Positions 62,093-64,000 of a stretch of 64,000 nucleotides of DNA are shown piece by piece; the first letter of the stretch is position 1; every line of letters begins with the position of its first letter. The notes under the pieces are model-generated. The model ran no database searches and was not told the DNA's origin. It was given only the letters and a program-made list of their open reading frames with translations. Origin of the DNA: Pararhizobium sp. (GTDB lineage: Bacteria > Pseudomonadota > Alphaproteobacteria > Rhizobiales > Rhizobiaceae); assembly GCF_035497515.1 (NCBI RefSeq), contig NZ_DATJDJ010000180.1, positions 10,875-74,874 of the forward strand. Direction: 5' to 3'. The translations under genes were made by a program, and so were the position numbers.

Positions 62093-62791
62093 TCAAGCCG
62101 GCGCCAAGGCGCTGACGCCGCCATTACGGCCGGACCATTCAAGCGGTGCATTGAGGAAGGCTTCGACCTCGGACAAGGTCTTTTCATCGAACAATTTCTG
62201 CTCCCTGGCGACGGCCAGGACATTGCGCCAGGTGGCGATGTTGAGCAGCGTCACGCCCCTGTCCTTCATCTCAGCCCGCGCCTGCGGGAAGATGTCGTAG
62301 TAGAACAGCGCGATGCCGTGATCGACCACACCGCCGGCCGCGCGGATCGCGTCAATGAACTTGAACATCGAGCCGCCCGCCGTCGTCAGGTCCTCGATGA
62401 CAAGGACACGCGCGCCTTCGGGCATATGGCCTTCGATCTGCGCATTGCGGCCGTGACCCTTCGGCGCCTTGCGCACATAGATCATCGGCAGCGACAGGCG
62501 TTCGGCCAGCATCGCGGCAAAGGGAATGCCCGCCGTCTCGCCGCCGGCGATGACGTCGAACTGCTCGAAGCCGGCCTCGCGCAGCACTGTGGCGGCGGCG
62601 AAATCCATCACCGTCGAGCGGATGCGCGGATAGGAAATCAGCTTGCGGCAATCGATATAGACCGGGCTCGCCATGCCCGATGCCAGCTTGTAGGGTTGGT
62701 CGGCACGGAAATGCACCGCCTTGATTTCCCAGAGCATCCTGGCCATCAATTCGGCCATGACGGCCTTGTCTGGAAAGGATGTCTGGATCAT
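62093..62791 (-). CDS. pyrE: Orotate phosphoribosyltransferase
   Basis: [16 protein letters not shown] and [11 protein letters not shown] (PRPP motif). Confidence 0.92.
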   Translation of the reverse strand: MIQTSFPDKAVMAELMARMLWEIKAVHFRADQPYKLASGMASPVYIDCRKLISYPRIRSTVMDFAAATVLREAGFEQFDVIAGGETAGIPFAAMLAERLSLPMIYVRKAPKGHGRNAQIEGHMPEGARVLVIEDLTTAGGSMFKFIDAIRAAGGVVDHGIALFYYDIFPQARAEMKDRGVTLLNIATWRNVLAVAREQKLFDEKTLSEVEAFLNAPLEWSGRNGGVSALAPA

Positions 62792-62958
62792 CGGCGGTCT
62801 CCTGCGCTGTCGGGAATTGTATCCCTCGCCGCATAGCAGGTCAGCCCTTCTAATGCCAGAGGCGGCGGGCCGATCTCCCTCTTCTCCCCAGCGGGCAGAA
62901 GAGGAGCGAGTCGTCTGATCCGCGGAAACTCGCTTGATCAGCGAAACGCTGCTGCTGC

Positions 62959-63525
62959 TCAATCCGCCTGTTTTTCACCCTGCTGCTGGCAAAACGTAAT
63001 ACGGTTGCTGAAGGGGTCGGTCACCGCGACCTCCAGCCCCCAAGGCGCCTTGTTCAGGCCGGGTTTCATGTAGCGGTAATCCTTGGACGCCAATTCCGAC
63101 TGCAACGCCGCAGCATCCTTGACACGCACGAAGGCGCGGGCGCCGGGGCTGGCGTCGCCGGCATGTTCGCTCAGGTGCAACAGCATGCCTTCGCGAGAGA
63201 CCTGGCAATAAAGCGGGAAATTGTCACCGAAGCGGTGTTCCCAATCGAGCGTAAAGCCGAGGAAACCACAATAGAATTCCATGGCCTTGTCGACATCGAA
63301 AATGCGAAAAATCGGGATCGGCGGCAGGATGCCGACAGCGCTGTCGCCTGTCGTTTTTCCCTTCTCCGCCGCGTCGATTTTCGCCGACAGGATATTCCAC
63401 TGGTCGTACCCAAACTGGGCGGCGACGATCTCGAGGGCCTGGCTGTGGGAAAGGGTCGTATCGTGGTCGGCAAGGGCTTGCTTCAGCACCTTTGCCATGA
63501 GCTTCGCATCGCGAAAATCGCGCAT
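62959..63525 (-). CDS. Glyoxalase_8 domain fused to a VOC/bleomycin-resistance-like domain
   Basis: [12 protein letters not shown]...[12 protein letters not shown]...WN.LSA, then [21 protein letters not shown] and DPFSNRITF; GGAGG SD. Confidence 0.85.
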   Translation of the reverse strand: MRDFRDAKLMAKVLKQALADHDTTLSHSQALEIVAAQFGYDQWNILSAKIDAAEKGKTTGDSAVGILPPIPIFRIFDVDKAMEFYCGFLGFTLDWEHRFGDNFPLYCQVSREGMLLHLSEHAGDASPGARAFVRVKDAAALQSELASKDYRYMKPGLNKAPWGLEVAVTDPFSNRITFCQQQGEKQAD

Positions 63526-63554
63526 GGTTCATCCTCCATCTGGCGGCAAACAGG

Positions 63555-63683
63555 ACGATCAGTGCCCGCTCTGCTGACCCGTTCGCCATCAACGCCATGG
63601 GCAAGGATGAGAAAGGCTAGAGTGGATGCATTCACCATTCGCGCCAAGGCGCTGCGGGGCGGCTGGCCGCATCCGGCCAAGCC
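63555..63683 (-). ncRNA. Candidate structured 5' leader RNA of the Glyoxalase_8 gene
   Basis: Consecutive stems: TGGCCG/CGGCCA, GCGCC/GGCGC, CTCT..TCATC/GATGG..AGAG, and a closing CCCGC/GCGGG. Confidence 0.5.
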
Positions 63684-63686
63684 AAT

Positions 63687-63715
63687 GGATAGGTGAAGAT
63701 TTTGCCGCAATCAAG
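63687..63715 (-). promoter_or_regulatory. RpoD-like promoter
   Basis: CTTGAT-N17-CTATCC versus the rhizobial consensus CTTGAC-N17-CTATAT. Confidence 0.55.
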
Positions 63716-63732
63716 CCCGGACGAACAATACC

Positions 63733-64000
63733 TCAGACAACCCCCCAGTGCAGCGGGAACATCGGGTCAAAGACGGTTACGGTTCCGGCGCCTGTTTCGA
63801 TCTTCGGCGGGAAGGACAGCGCGTCCGCCTGCTTGCGCAGCGTGATCGTCGCCTCGTTGACCGGCAGGCCATACCAGGCCGGGCCGTTGAGCGAGGCGAA
63901 GGCCTCAAGCCTGTCGAGCGCATTCTCCTGCTCGAACACATGGGCAAGGCAGCTCATGGTGTTGATCGACGTATAGATGCCGGCGCAGCCGCAGGCGCAT
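63733..64000 (-). CDS. pyrC: Dihydroorotase (3' part only)
   Basis: CACGCAGIY...[16 protein letters not shown]; near pyrE. Confidence 0.88.
   Translation of the reverse strand, partial: CACGCAGIYTSINTMSCLAHVFEQENALDRLEAFASLNGPAWYGLPVNEATITLRKQADALSFPPKIETGAGTVTVFDPMFPLHWGVV

Noticed and set aside
62870-62905. CTCTTCTCCCC...AGAAGAG hairpin between the glyoxalase gene and pyrE
   Set aside because: Probably a degenerate intergenic repeat fragment; too short to classify.

Overview
A GC-rich chromosomal segment from an alphaproteobacterium, most likely Rhizobiaceae. This assignment rests on gene content, a SAM-II riboswitch, CtrA/CcrM-type motifs and rhizobial intergenic repeats. Most of the window is housekeeping: lhr-pdeM, podJ, a beta-oxidation operon, mntH/mntR, a cI/LexA-like regulator, a GT2 synthase, tRNA-Gly and tRNA-Thr, dcd, metZ, apaG, hslO, argFD, gcrA, phoR-pstSCAB-phoUB, ppk2, allE, fadD, pgi, pyrE and part of pyrC. 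I found no CRISPR array, intact IS, integrase or prophage. The most interesting signals are in intergenic DNA. (1) A type I toxin-antitoxin-like locus between fadD and pgi, with a 29-aa ORF missed by the ORF track, a perfect SD, a folded leader and an antisense terminator. (2) A promoter plus ~155-nt multi-stem leader ahead of a Glyoxalase_8-VOC gene that sits between pyrC and pyrE. (3) An orphan ORF resembling a polymorphic-toxin tip. (4) Twin AGGA-N6-TCCT palindromes flanking the S24 repressor gene. (5) Three LiuR-type operators linking scattered acyl-CoA genes. (6) Further small ORFs, two of them below the ORF-track cutoff. All family assignments come from motif recognition by eye; no database searches were run.
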